This document shows positions 11,684 to 21,765 of a stretch of DNA of 64,000 nucleotides, piece after piece. Each line of letters starts with the position of its first letter. Position 1 is the first letter of the stretch. Origin of the DNA: Alphaproteobacteria bacterium CG_4_10_14_0_8_um_filter_37_21 (GTDB lineage: Bacteria > Pseudomonadota > Alphaproteobacteria > Paracaedibacterales > UBA11393); the NCBI GenBank assembly GCA_002791835.1, contig PFNE01000032.1:33646-97645 (forward strand). The letters are read 5' to 3'. The notes beneath the pieces are model-generated. The model searched no databases. It saw only the letters and a list, made by a program, of their open reading frames with translations, and was not told where the DNA came from. Made by a program: the position numbers and the translations under genes.

Positions 11684-12115
11684 ATGGATATAGTCGCCAT
11701 AATATCGGGCATAATAATTTTATATTTAGGGGGCGAGGCACTCATTAAAGGTGCAGTATCTGTTGCCAGACATTTAAAAATTTCTAAAATTTTAGTAAGC
11801 TCTGTTATCGTGGGCTTTGGTACATCAATGCCAGAAATGACGGTTTCAGTAGACGCCATGTTGAAAAATACACCCGAAATTGCCGTTGGAAATGTAATTG
11901 GTAGCAATATTGCAAATATTTTATTAATACTGGGGATATCTGCCCTGATAACCCCCTTTCGCATGACTAATAACAGTATAAAAAGAGATGTTTGTGTGAT
12001 GCTGAGTGCGACAATAATTTTTTCTTTATTGGGTGCCTTGCAAAAAATTGGTTTTTTTCACGGATTATTATTATTAGGGATATTAGTAACTTATATAATT
12101 TATTCCTACATTCGC
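11684..12115 (+). pseudogene. 5' fragment (~145 codons) of a CaCA-family (YrbG-like Na+/Ca2+) antiporter gene
   Basis: MDIVAIISGIIILYLGGEALIKGAVSVARHLKISKILVSSVIVGFGTSMPEMTVS...GNVIGSNIANILLILGISALITPF corresponds to TM1-5 with the alpha-1 repeat (GTSxPE). Similarity ends near 12110 and the frame then runs out of register into nhaA-derived sequence. Confidence 0.7.
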
Positions 12116-12665
12116 GCCCTACATTATTGTTGGCATTTTTTTATGGGTTTGCGTTTTAAAATCAGGCATACATGCAACATTAGCCGGCATTATAGTAGCA
12201 CTGTCGATTCCACTTCGCACAAAAAATGTGTCTGATCACTCACCTGCAATTTCTTTGGAACACAAGCTACACCCTTGGGTCGCGTACGGCATACTGCCAA
12301 TATTCGCCTTTGCAAATGCCGGAATTCCCTTAAAAGGATTTTCTTTAGACATGTTACGCCATCCAATTACCATGGGCATTGCGCTTGGTTTATTTTTTGG
12401 CAAGCAAATTGGCATTATGACAATGACAATCATAGGCGTCTCCATTAAAAAATGCGCACTGCCAAAAGGTGTAACTTGGAAGCAATTTTATGCGATGTCT
12501 CTTTTAACTGGCATTGGCTTTACCATGAGCTTGTTTATTGGAAACCTAGCCTTTGACAATGCACACAATAAAATTTTCATTAGATTAGGGGTCATCTTTG
12601 GCTCTCTTTTATCTGGAATCGCAGGCTATATCTTGCTGAAAAAAACTTGTCCAAACAAGGACTAG
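12099..12665 (+). pseudogene. nhaA: 3' fragment (~185 codons) of Na+/H+ antiporter nhaA
   Basis: Reading the frame of ORF 12228..12665 back to the TAA at 12096-12098 gives YIIVGIFLWVCVLKSGIHATLAGIIVALSIPL...SLEHKLHPWVAYGILPIFAFANAG...GIGFTMSLFI. This is collinear with the C-terminal half of E. coli NhaA. The N-terminal half is absent. Confidence 0.8.
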
Positions 12666-12947
12666 GGAACAAGAATAGACTATAAAAAAGATAGGTTGCA
12701 TACATACTAATAATGTGTACTCTCTACGATTTAGAAGTTTTGTGCGTTCTAATCTTAAACACTTTTGAAATGTATTTTTTATAATGGTATGTTCATTCTT
12801 GATTCAACAGCGTTCGGGTGTGCAAGACCTTCTATCATGAACAACACAAAACCCCATGTAGAAATAACGTTATAAATTTCTAGCATTATGCGGGGAAAGT
12901 TCCTATATTAATAATGAACCCATACTACATAGATAAAGGATATTTAA

Positions 12948-13550
12948 ATGACGAATCTTGTTACACAAAAAGCACCAAATTTTACAGCACCTGCTGTTAT
13001 GGGGGATAACACTATCAATGAAGAATTCAACTTAATGGAATACCTTAATGGGGATATGGGTGTTTTGTTCTTCTACCCCCTAGATTTTACATTTGTTTGC
13101 CCATCAGAAATATTGGCATTTCAAAACCGTATGGCTGAATTTAAAGAACGCAATGTTAAAGTTGTTGCCGTATCTGTTGATTCTGCTTTCAGTCACATTG
13201 CTTGGAAAAATACACCCGTAAATAACGGTGGATTAGGAAACGTTCAGTTCCCTATGGTTGCCGACCTTACAAAGCAAATTTCAAAAGACTATCATGTTTT
13301 AATTAATGATGCTGTTGCACTGCGTGGTACATTTTTAATTGACCAAGATGGTATTGTTCAGCATCAAGTTATTAACAACCTACCACTTGGCCGTAATGTA
13401 GATGAAGCCTTACGCATGGTTGATGCCCTTGCTTTTCACCAAAAAAACGGCGAAGTGTGCCCAGCTGGCTGGAGCAAAGGTAAAAAAGGAATGGTTGCAA
13501 ATGCACAAGGTGTTGCATCTTTCTTAAAAGATAACGCAGCATCTCTATAA
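12948..13550 (+). CDS. Typical 2-Cys peroxiredoxin (AhpC/Prx1 subfamily)
   Basis: 200 aa. Peroxidatic Cys context FYPLDFTFVCPSEI and resolving Cys context GEVCPAGW. AAAGGA RBS upstream. Confidence 0.9.
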   Translation: MTNLVTQKAPNFTAPAVMGDNTINEEFNLMEYLNGDMGVLFFYPLDFTFVCPSEILAFQNRMAEFKERNVKVVAVSVDSAFSHIAWKNTPVNNGGLGNVQFPMVADLTKQISKDYHVLINDAVALRGTFLIDQDGIVQHQVINNLPLGRNVDEALRMVDALAFHQKNGEVCPAGWSKGKKGMVANAQGVASFLKDNAASL

Positions 13551-13567
13551 TATTGGTGCCTCCGCCT

Positions 13568-14314
13568 TTATGGCTGGGGGCGCTTACACATATAAATAAT
13601 GGGAATCAGAAGCACCCCAACAAGTGCCCGTGCAATATAGGCGCCAAGTACATATGTTACAAAAATTGTGTGCATACCTAAGGCGACTTTTGCAAAAATA
13701 CTCCATGCCAAAACACTAAAAATCATATTATCGACAAACGATGAAGACAAGCTTGCTAATAATGTGCGCGCCCATAAAAAACGGCCGTGCGTTAGTTTTT
13801 TTAAAAAGCTAAAAATGCCAACATCATAAAATTGACTTATACCAAAAGCACATAAGCTGGCGATAAAAATACGCGCCGATGGTACAAACAATGTTTGCAT
13901 GGCATTATAGGCATCCTGCGAACAAGATGCAGGCATATGCCCTAAATCAACAATCATTAAGACGCTGGTTAAAATAGTTGCAAAAAAACAAAGATAAATA
14001 TTACGCCTGGCTGCTTTTGCGCCATAAAATTCGGTAATAATGTCTGTTGTTAAATAAAGCGTTGCAAACAACACTGTACCAAGCGCTACAGGTTCTGCCA
14101 ATATATTATACTGGCACAAACGCAACACTTGAATATTGGCCAGAACGATGGCTAGCGAATTATAAACATACAAGCCAACAAGCCCAAATAGACGTTGTGA
14201 AAACAATATACACAAACCACTTGTCAAAATAGATATAATCGTCACAAATTCAGGTGGTAAGCTTTGTAATTCACTGATGATACGTGTCATAGAATCATCA
14301 ATATTAATGTGCAT
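13568..14314 (-). CDS. yhhQ: Queuosine precursor transporter (YhhQ/DUF165, VUT family)
   Basis: Multi-TM protein with the YhhQ-like segment LTTDIITEFYGAKAARRNIY and a C-terminal FVDNMIF. The start is ambiguous between TTG 14320 and ATG 14314. Confidence 0.7.
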   Translation of the reverse strand: MHINIDDSMTRIISELQSLPPEFVTIISILTSGLCILFSQRLFGLVGLYVYNSLAIVLANIQVLRLCQYNILAEPVALGTVLFATLYLTTDIITEFYGAKAARRNIYLCFFATILTSVLMIVDLGHMPASCSQDAYNAMQTLFVPSARIFIASLCAFGISQFYDVGIFSFLKKLTHGRFLWARTLLASLSSSFVDNMIFSVLAWSIFAKVALGMHTIFVTYVLGAYIARALVGVLLIPIIYMCKRPQP

Positions 14315-14401
14315 AAACAAACCTTTAAAACCGGGAAATATAAGTAAACTTAATATTCACGAATATACTATATTTTATAAGTAATGGCTACCAGCGCTTA
14401 T

Positions 14402-14431
14402 AAAAAAACGCCACAGAAAACTCTGCAGCGC
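14402..14431 (-). terminator. Intrinsic terminator downstream of groEL
   Basis: Minus strand reads GCGCTGCAGAG-tttt-CTGTGGCGT followed by TTTTTTT. The stem is about 9 bp and includes G-U pairs. Confidence 0.55.
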
Positions 14432-14454
14432 TTTTAACTTTAAACAAAAATGGT

Positions 14455-16125
<1,671 letters not shown>

Positions 16126-16168
16126 TTAATCCTTTAATTTAAAGTAAAATATATTTGTTGAACGTAGA

Positions 16169-16459
16169 CTAGGCCGCCATGACACCCATAATATCTGATT
16201 CTTTCATAACGATATATTCTTCGCCGTCAATTTTAATTTCTGTACCGCTCCATTTTGCAAACAAAACGCGGTCGCCAGATTTCACATCCATTGGGATAAC
16301 TTGACCAGCTTCACTGGGTTGACCAGAACCAACTGCAACAATTTGGCCTTCCATTGGTTTTTCTTGTGCAGAGTCTGGAATAATAATTCCACTTGCAGTT
16401 TTCTCCTCTGACTCGATGCGCTTTACAAGAACACGATCATGTAGGGGTCTAAATTTCAT
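16169..16459 (-). CDS. groS: Co-chaperonin GroES
   Basis: Start moved to ATG 16459 ([14 protein letters not shown]), with an AAGGAG RBS upstream. 96 aa. Confidence 0.95.
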   Translation of the reverse strand: MKFRPLHDRVLVKRIESEEKTASGIIIPDSAQEKPMEGQIVAVGSGQPSEAGQVIPMDVKSGDRVLFAKWSGTEIKIDGEEYIVMKESDIMGVMAA

Positions 16460-16505
16460 AGAGATCTCCTTTATATTTTGTTGGTTATCATAAGGAAAAG
16501 GCATT

Positions 16506-16532
16506 TTAGCACTCTCACCCTCTGAGTGATAA
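16506..16532 (-). promoter_or_regulatory. CIRCE operator (HrcA binding site) upstream of groES
   Basis: TTAGCACTC-N9-GAGTGATAA against the consensus TTAGCACTC-N9-GAGTGCTAA (one mismatch). It lies 47 nt upstream of the groES ATG. Confidence 0.85.
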
Positions 16533-16559
16533 TTTAACGCGGCAACATAATTCTGTCAA
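16531..16559 (-). promoter_or_regulatory. Putative sigma70-type groESL promoter abutting CIRCE
   Basis: Minus strand reads TTGACA (16559-16554), a 17-nt spacer, then TAAATT (16536-16531). The -10 element overlaps the CIRCE arm. Confidence 0.4.
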
Positions 16560-16861
16560 TAAAAAAACTTCTCATCATGACAAAAAACAATCCAAATATT
16601 AACTTACCTATTTTTGATCATGTGCATAACTTCAAATTTTTGAATGACTTCATATATTTTTTTATTATTTGCAAAATAAGTTTTTACTTAATGAACCATT
16701 TTACGAGCCATAATATAACGACATTCTATTCTTTAAATACAAGTTGTTTTGGTTAGAAAAACGTTAACATTTCTATGTGGCAAGGCACTTTTACGACCCT
16801 TCTGGTCAAGACAAATGGTTTTTTTTATGTCAGCATAAAAAGATAAGCTTAAAATAATTTA

Positions 16862-18034
16862 ATGTATATGTTGTTTAAAAAGATAACTTTATCAATATTA
16901 TTGATTCCTTTTTTTTGCTTTGGTCAGGAAACCAATTTTTATGACGAAAATAACAACAACACAATATTTACAAACACAGAAAACCCGACAGACAAAGATT
17001 TTAGGCCCCAAAATTACCACATTATAACAGAAAAGACTTTTCAATCATTTTTAGAAAATTTAGAAAATTTTACTACAATAGCTGCCATGGTAAACCTTGT
17101 ATTTTCTTCTGTAGACTTTAAAATAAATGGCCACAATATAATCGCTTTCCTTGATGGACAAACCTTAGGAATCCCCAATACTTGCAATCTTACCAGTATA
17201 GTTGGCAAGATTTCGAATACAAGCGAAGAAAAAGATCTTTTATCCATTTTATTGTTTTTAAAGAAAAAAAATTGCTCAACATACCTTGCTTTACCTAAAT
17301 GCTTTATAAGTATCGGACGAAACACTTATTGCACCTTATACCATAAAGCTGAAGGAAAACAGGCAGACATCCCCATAAATAAGTTTGGTCAGCATTCTAA
17401 GCCAGATTGTGTTTTAGCTATCATAAGAAGAATTGCACACTCTTTATTTGACTTCCACGACATATTGCGCCCAAGCAAGGACGAAATCGATTCTTTTATG
17501 AAATCCGAAAAAGCAAGTTTGAAATTTTATTTAGGTGAAACAGATTCCCCTCCATGCACATCACCTGTGGGGACAGACGCTACCTTCTTAAGGTTATTTC
17601 TTTCTATAAATCATGGTGATTTACATACAGGCAATATATTTATAACAGCACAAGAGAAAATTACTTTTATAGATTTTTTATCTATGGCACGTAATTTGCC
17701 AGATCGAGATGGATATGCACCAATTACAAACGATGTGTCCTATTTTATTGCATGTACTTTTTGCCATCACCGCGAATTATTTAAAAAACCTTTAGGCAGA
17801 GGACTTTTATTACATTCCATGGTCCATTTTCTGGCAGCATACCTATCGCATATATCACCAGATTATCACCAAGATTTTTTTTATTATATATATGATCATT
17901 TCAAGATGCTTTTAAAACACCTAATCTTTCCTGGACCTGAAAACCAAGAAACGCGAATTCATTTTTATGACATTTTTTCATTAAATATCATACCAGAAAC
18001 CAGAAAGATTCTAGAAAGCGTAGCATGCACTTAA
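16862..18034 (+). CDS. Hypothetical exported protein with an APH/ChoK-like (protein-kinase-fold) catalytic motif
   Basis: 390 aa. The N-terminus LFKKITLSILLIPFFCFGQE looks like a signal peptide. HGDLHTGNIF (17612-17635) followed by ITFIDF (17660-17677) matches the catalytic loop plus metal-binding Asp of the aminoglycoside/choline kinase family. Confidence 0.5.
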   Translation: MYMLFKKITLSILLIPFFCFGQETNFYDENNNNTIFTNTENPTDKDFRPQNYHIITEKTFQSFLENLENFTTIAAMVNLVFSSVDFKINGHNIIAFLDGQTLGIPNTCNLTSIVGKISNTSEEKDLLSILLFLKKKNCSTYLALPKCFISIGRNTYCTLYHKAEGKQADIPINKFGQHSKPDCVLAIIRRIAHSLFDFHDILRPSKDEIDSFMKSEKASLKFYLGETDSPPCTSPVGTDATFLRLFLSINHGDLHTGNIFITAQEKITFIDFLSMARNLPDRDGYAPITNDVSYFIACTFCHHRELFKKPLGRGLLLHSMVHFLAAYLSHISPDYHQDFFYYIYDHFKMLLKHLIFPGPENQETRIHFYDIFSLNIIPETRKILESVACT

Positions 18035-18058
18035 ATTATATATAACTGTTTTAAGAAC

Positions 18059-18802
18059 TTATGACCATGACTTATCATCATGTGTTAGAATTTTATTCAG
18101 ACCATTATATGCTTCTAACGTACCAATATCACACCATAAGTGATGATAGCGTGCGCCCCATAAGCGATTATTTTTTTCTGCATGATGGAAAACAGGCAGC
18201 ATGGGGTAGTGTTTATCCTGTGATTTATAATTTAAAAACCCTTTTTTAGACCATATTTGCACCCCACCATAAATATACGAAGGGCGAGTATAAGATTTTT
18301 CAGAGTGTTCCTTATGCCTTAAAGGAAAAATTGTTTCTAAGTAACCTTTTTGTGGATAATAATCAGCATCTTTGTTAAAAAATAATGCATTTTCTTTTGG
18401 CACCATCATTAACAAAGCATCCATAATTTTGGTATCAAACGCATAAGCCATACGTTCAAGAAAATCAGGATCATTAAACCAAATATCCCCATTTATGGTC
18501 ACAAAAATATCATCTAATTCTGTTATAGCGTTCTTTATACCACCACCAGTTTCTAGAATTTCCTTTTCATTAATCAACACGATTTTTGGATCATTTTGAA
18601 AATGGTAATGAATTTGCTTTGCTAAGTAGTGCGTATTAATCACAATTTTTTCAACACCAAAATCTTTTAAATAGTTCACAATATATTGAATGCAGGGAAT
18701 ACTTTGAACAGGCAACAAGGGCTTTGGGGTTGTAAGTGTTAAAGGGCGTAGGCGCGTACCCATTCCTGCCGCTAAAATCATTGCTGTTTTTATATTGACC
18801 AT
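18059..18802 (-). CDS. murU: Sugar-phosphate nucleotidyltransferase, MurU-like (MurNAc-1-P uridylyltransferase)
   Basis: MILAAGMGTRLRPLTLTTPKPLLPV...IVINTHYLAKQI...ETGGGIKNA...VTINGDIW is collinear with Pseudomonas MurU as I recall it. Confidence 0.7.
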   Translation of the reverse strand: MVNIKTAMILAAGMGTRLRPLTLTTPKPLLPVQSIPCIQYIVNYLKDFGVEKIVINTHYLAKQIHYHFQNDPKIVLINEKEILETGGGIKNAITELDDIFVTINGDIWFNDPDFLERMAYAFDTKIMDALLMMVPKENALFFNKDADYYPQKGYLETIFPLRHKEHSEKSYTRPSYIYGGVQIWSKKGFLNYKSQDKHYPMLPVFHHAEKNNRLWGARYHHLWCDIGTLEAYNGLNKILTHDDKSWS

Positions 18803-19042
18803 AGATTTGCGCGCCTTAATTCAAAAGTAAAATGATGAACGCCATTTATAAACTTAGTGTATAAATAGGGGGGCGCCCTTATAGAAGATAAGTAATTTTA
18901 ACATTTGTAAAAAAGTCTGTACACTCACCATCATTAGTTTAAAAAAACAAGAATCCGTTTAGTTGCAGCACTAATATTCGCGTGTTTCTTGAAAAAACAG
19001 TTTGTGATATTCTATTGCTATAGATATTTGGAGCTTACGTTA

Positions 19043-19552
19043 ATGTCTCTTGCTAAAGTGAATCGTAATAAAGAACCTAAAAGTTTTTTGGGGGCACGCC
19101 CCCTTTTATTTGATCGCCTTGTTGACATGGATTCAACAAATCCCTTTGAAACGGCTGATCATCATTATTTAACAAAAGATCAGGTAAAACAATCTATTCA
19201 ATTAGAAATTAGCCGTTTGCTGAACACGCGAAGAGTGGGAGGCATGCCAAAAAATCAAGATGATATATTTCAGGATTCGGAGGAAAGTTTAAGTGCGCCA
19301 TCTTATTTTGGCTTACCAGATTTCCAATCTTACGATGCTGCAAATGCCCAAGATTGGGATTTAATTGCAAATTTGATAAAAAATTCTATTAGTTATTTTG
19401 AGACGCGCCTTAAAAATATAGAAGTAGAAGTTCTTAATTTTAATAATAATAAACAACTTCTAGAGGTTAATATTACAGGCAGTTTAAACCTAAAAAAAAC
19501 AAAGGGAGAGGTTACTTTTCCGGTTGTAATTGACTGTACACCGCGCCGTTAA
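19043..19552 (+). CDS. tssE: Type VI secretion baseplate protein TssE (gp25-like)
   Basis: Start moved to ATG 19043, with GGAG 8 nt upstream. TssE landmarks occur in the expected order: PLLFDRLVD, LEISRLLNTRR, YFGLPDF, ISYFETRL, LEVNITGSL. Confidence 0.75.
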   Translation: MSLAKVNRNKEPKSFLGARPLLFDRLVDMDSTNPFETADHHYLTKDQVKQSIQLEISRLLNTRRVGGMPKNQDDIFQDSEESLSAPSYFGLPDFQSYDAANAQDWDLIANLIKNSISYFETRLKNIEVEVLNFNNNKQLLEVNITGSLNLKKTKGEVTFPVVIDCTPRR

Positions 19553-19629
19553 TTCAAAAGACACAAGTGAACAAAATACGAACCAAAAGGTGCAAACCCA
19601 CTAAATGAAAAATTTATGCACCTTATGAA

Positions 19630-20268
19630 CTAACTGTTTTTTTTCCTCATTTTATTCACAAAGTCTACAAGTCCTACTTGGCGGTGGCGTTTTAAGCGCT
19701 CGGCCTTCAAGATAAGCTCTATTTGTTTTATGCTTTTATCTAGATCGCGATTGATAATAACATAATCATATTCAGGCCAATGGCTAATTTGAAATAAGGA
19801 TTCAGTCATACGCTGTTCAACAACTTCCTTTGTGTCCGTTGCGCGCCTGTTTAATCTGTCTTCTAATGCTTGAATTGATGGGGGTAAAATAAAAACTGTG
19901 ATAAGGTCTTGGGCACACTTTTCTTGTAGTTGCTGTGTTCCTTGCCAGTCAATATCCAATAAAACATCTTTACCAGAGGTTATGATCTCTTCCACAGATT
20001 GTTTTGATGTGCCGTAATAATTACCAAATACTTTTGCATGCTCCAAAAAACCACCGCTTTGTAAGCGTTCTTCAAAGTGTTTTTGATTTTCAAAGTGATA
20101 ATCTTTGCCGTGAACTTCTCCCTTTCTTATGGGGCGGGTTGTAACAGATACTGATAATTGAACTTGATTATCTTTTGCAAGTAGGGCGCGCGCTATGGTG
20201 GTTTTTCCAGCCCCAGATGGGGATGATAGCACTAACATAAGGCCTTTACGTTTTATGCTGTCTTGCAT
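19630..20268 (-). CDS. gmk: Guanylate kinase
   Basis: 212 aa. P-loop SSPSGAGKTT, plus VSVTTRPIRKGEVHGKDYHF. Confidence 0.93.
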   Translation of the reverse strand: MQDSIKRKGLMLVLSSPSGAGKTTIARALLAKDNQVQLSVSVTTRPIRKGEVHGKDYHFENQKHFEERLQSGGFLEHAKVFGNYYGTSKQSVEEIITSGKDVLLDIDWQGTQQLQEKCAQDLITVFILPPSIQALEDRLNRRATDTKEVVEQRMTESLFQISHWPEYDYVIINRDLDKSIKQIELILKAERLKRHRQVGLVDFVNKMRKKNS

Positions 20269-20822
20269 TAAAGCTCTCTTTCATGACTATTTGGTTTTAT
20301 CAGTTCGTCTTCAAATCCGAAGGTCGTTAAGTCTGTCATTCGATCGGGAAATAAAATGCCATTTAGGTGATCCATTTCATGTTGAACAACACGCGCATGA
20401 AAGCCCTCGGCAACGCGGGTGTGCTTTTCCCCTAATATATCATAAAAAGAATAGCTTATTTTTTTATATCGGGGCACTTTTCCAACAAGTGCTGGCAAAG
20501 AAATACATGCCTCCCATCCAACGAGTTGTTCATTGGATATGACTGTAACTTCTGGGTTTATTAAGGCATGTAGGTCCATAGGCTCTACAGATTCAACGCC
20601 ATATCTTGGATGAATTTTATCTGGCAGCCTGAAAATAAAAATACGTTTTGACACATTAACTTGAGGGGCAGCTAATCCTAAGCGTTTATTTTGCTGTTTT
20701 AGGGTGAACATCATGTCATGAATAAGTTCATGGTAATTTTCTATATGCTTCAAATTAACAGGTTCTGCAACTTGCTTAAGAACCGGATTTCCCATATGGG
20801 TAAAAGAAAGTAGCTTTGGCAT
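20268..20822 (-). CDS. def: Peptide deformylase
   Basis: Motif 1 GLAAPQV, motif 2 EACIS (a variant of EGCLS) and motif 3 QHEMDHLNG. One-nt overlap with the gmk start. Confidence 0.88.
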   Translation of the reverse strand: MPKLLSFTHMGNPVLKQVAEPVNLKHIENYHELIHDMMFTLKQQNKRLGLAAPQVNVSKRIFIFRLPDKIHPRYGVESVEPMDLHALINPEVTVISNEQLVGWEACISLPALVGKVPRYKKISYSFYDILGEKHTRVAEGFHARVVQHEMDHLNGILFPDRMTDLTTFGFEDELIKPNSHEREL

Positions 20823-20870
20823 ATAATGACCCCCTTTATTTTTTAGCTTCTTGCTTGGTATTCCAATAAA

Positions 20871-21146
20871 TTATACTTGGTTTTTATCGTGATCACAATT
20901 TTTTTTTGTGTCTGTATCTTTTTCGGGTACAGGATCATAAGTACCTTGTGTTTTTGCATCATCAGAAAGTGGCTGACACTTCATCATGCGCCGAAAAGTA
21001 ATGGCAATACCGCGCCTAAGCCCATGCAGTTCTATTGCTTGAATAGCGTAACGGGAACATGTTGGTGTGTACTTACAACTTGGTGGCAAAAGGGGGGAAA
21101 TAAGCCACCTGTAAAAATGGAGTAATGCGATAACCAAACGTTTCAT
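20871..21146 (-). CDS. yidD: Membrane protein insertion efficiency factor YidD
   Basis: LLHFYRWLISPLLPPSCKYTPTCSRYAIQAIELHG is the conserved YidD core. Confidence 0.85.
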   Translation of the reverse strand: MKRLVIALLHFYRWLISPLLPPSCKYTPTCSRYAIQAIELHGLRRGIAITFRRMMKCQPLSDDAKTQGTYDPVPEKDTDTKKNCDHDKNQV

Positions 21147-21221
21147 AATATGTGACCTTTTATGCTTGTGATAGACATAAATATCAAGTAACTTTATGTC
21201 TTTGATTCTAAGATAATAATG

Positions 21222-21617
21222 CTATTTTAGCCACATTGTCATAGCACTTGTTGTGCCGCAAAGAAAAGCACCCCAGGCAACATCGATAAGGCTTATATAT
21301 AGTGGCCATTTTTTGATGATGGCAAGATTTGTAAAGTCATAAATAGCATAGGTCAGCAACCCAAATATGGCACCCCAAAAAAAGGCTGATATAACACTGC
21401 TTTGCGCTTTAGGAAGCACAAATAAGATAATACCCAAAATTAAACATACGTAAACAACGCCAGCTGCCATGTAATTTAATTGCATACCTGTTGGGGTAAT
21501 ATGAAAAAAATGACCCAAATGTTTTTTGTATAATGACTTTGCCAAAAAACCAAGCCATACAGTATCCATTAATAATATTGTTACACTAGAAATGCAAAAC
21601 ATACGTAAATAAGTCAT
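21222..21617 (-). CDS. DUF2177 family membrane protein
   Basis: 131 aa with 4 TM segments. LLMDTVWLGFLAKSLYKKHLG and YAIYDFTNLAIIKKWP..SLIDVAWG resemble DUF2177, recalled from memory. Confidence 0.55.
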   Translation of the reverse strand: MTYLRMFCISSVTILLMDTVWLGFLAKSLYKKHLGHFFHITPTGMQLNYMAAGVVYVCLILGIILFVLPKAQSSVISAFFWGAIFGLLTYAIYDFTNLAIIKKWPLYISLIDVAWGAFLCGTTSAMTMWLK

Positions 21618-21765
21618 ATAATACCCCCTTTAGATTCTGTGCTTGCGGCTAAGCTATATGTGTGTATTTTGATTATGATCTTACATGATTTGATAACCGG
21701 TGACCATACATATGCCACGCGATGAAATGTATTGTTAAATATTTCTTTCTTTCCCCTCTTATGTA

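Noticed and set aside
11608-11964. 118-aa minus-strand ORF overlapping the CaCA fragment start
   Set aside because: It is antisense to the recognisable CaCA coding frame and has no motif support.
14315-14454. Possible preQ1 riboswitch upstream of the yhhQ-like queuosine-precursor transporter
   Set aside because: YhhQ genes are often preQ1-regulated. However, the leader lacks the preQ1-I hairpin plus A-rich tail pattern, and most of the spacer is taken by the groEL terminator.
16577-16756. 59-codon plus-strand ORF (MTKNNPNINLPIFDH...) in the groES-upstream spacer
   Set aside because: It has no RBS and an AT-driven composition, and it overlaps the likely promoter region. Probably a chance ORF.
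20268-20822. Peptide deformylase motif 2 is EACIS instead of EGCLS
   Set aside because: The metal-binding Cys and the HEMDH motif are intact, so this is probably a tolerated lineage-specific variant rather than inactivation.
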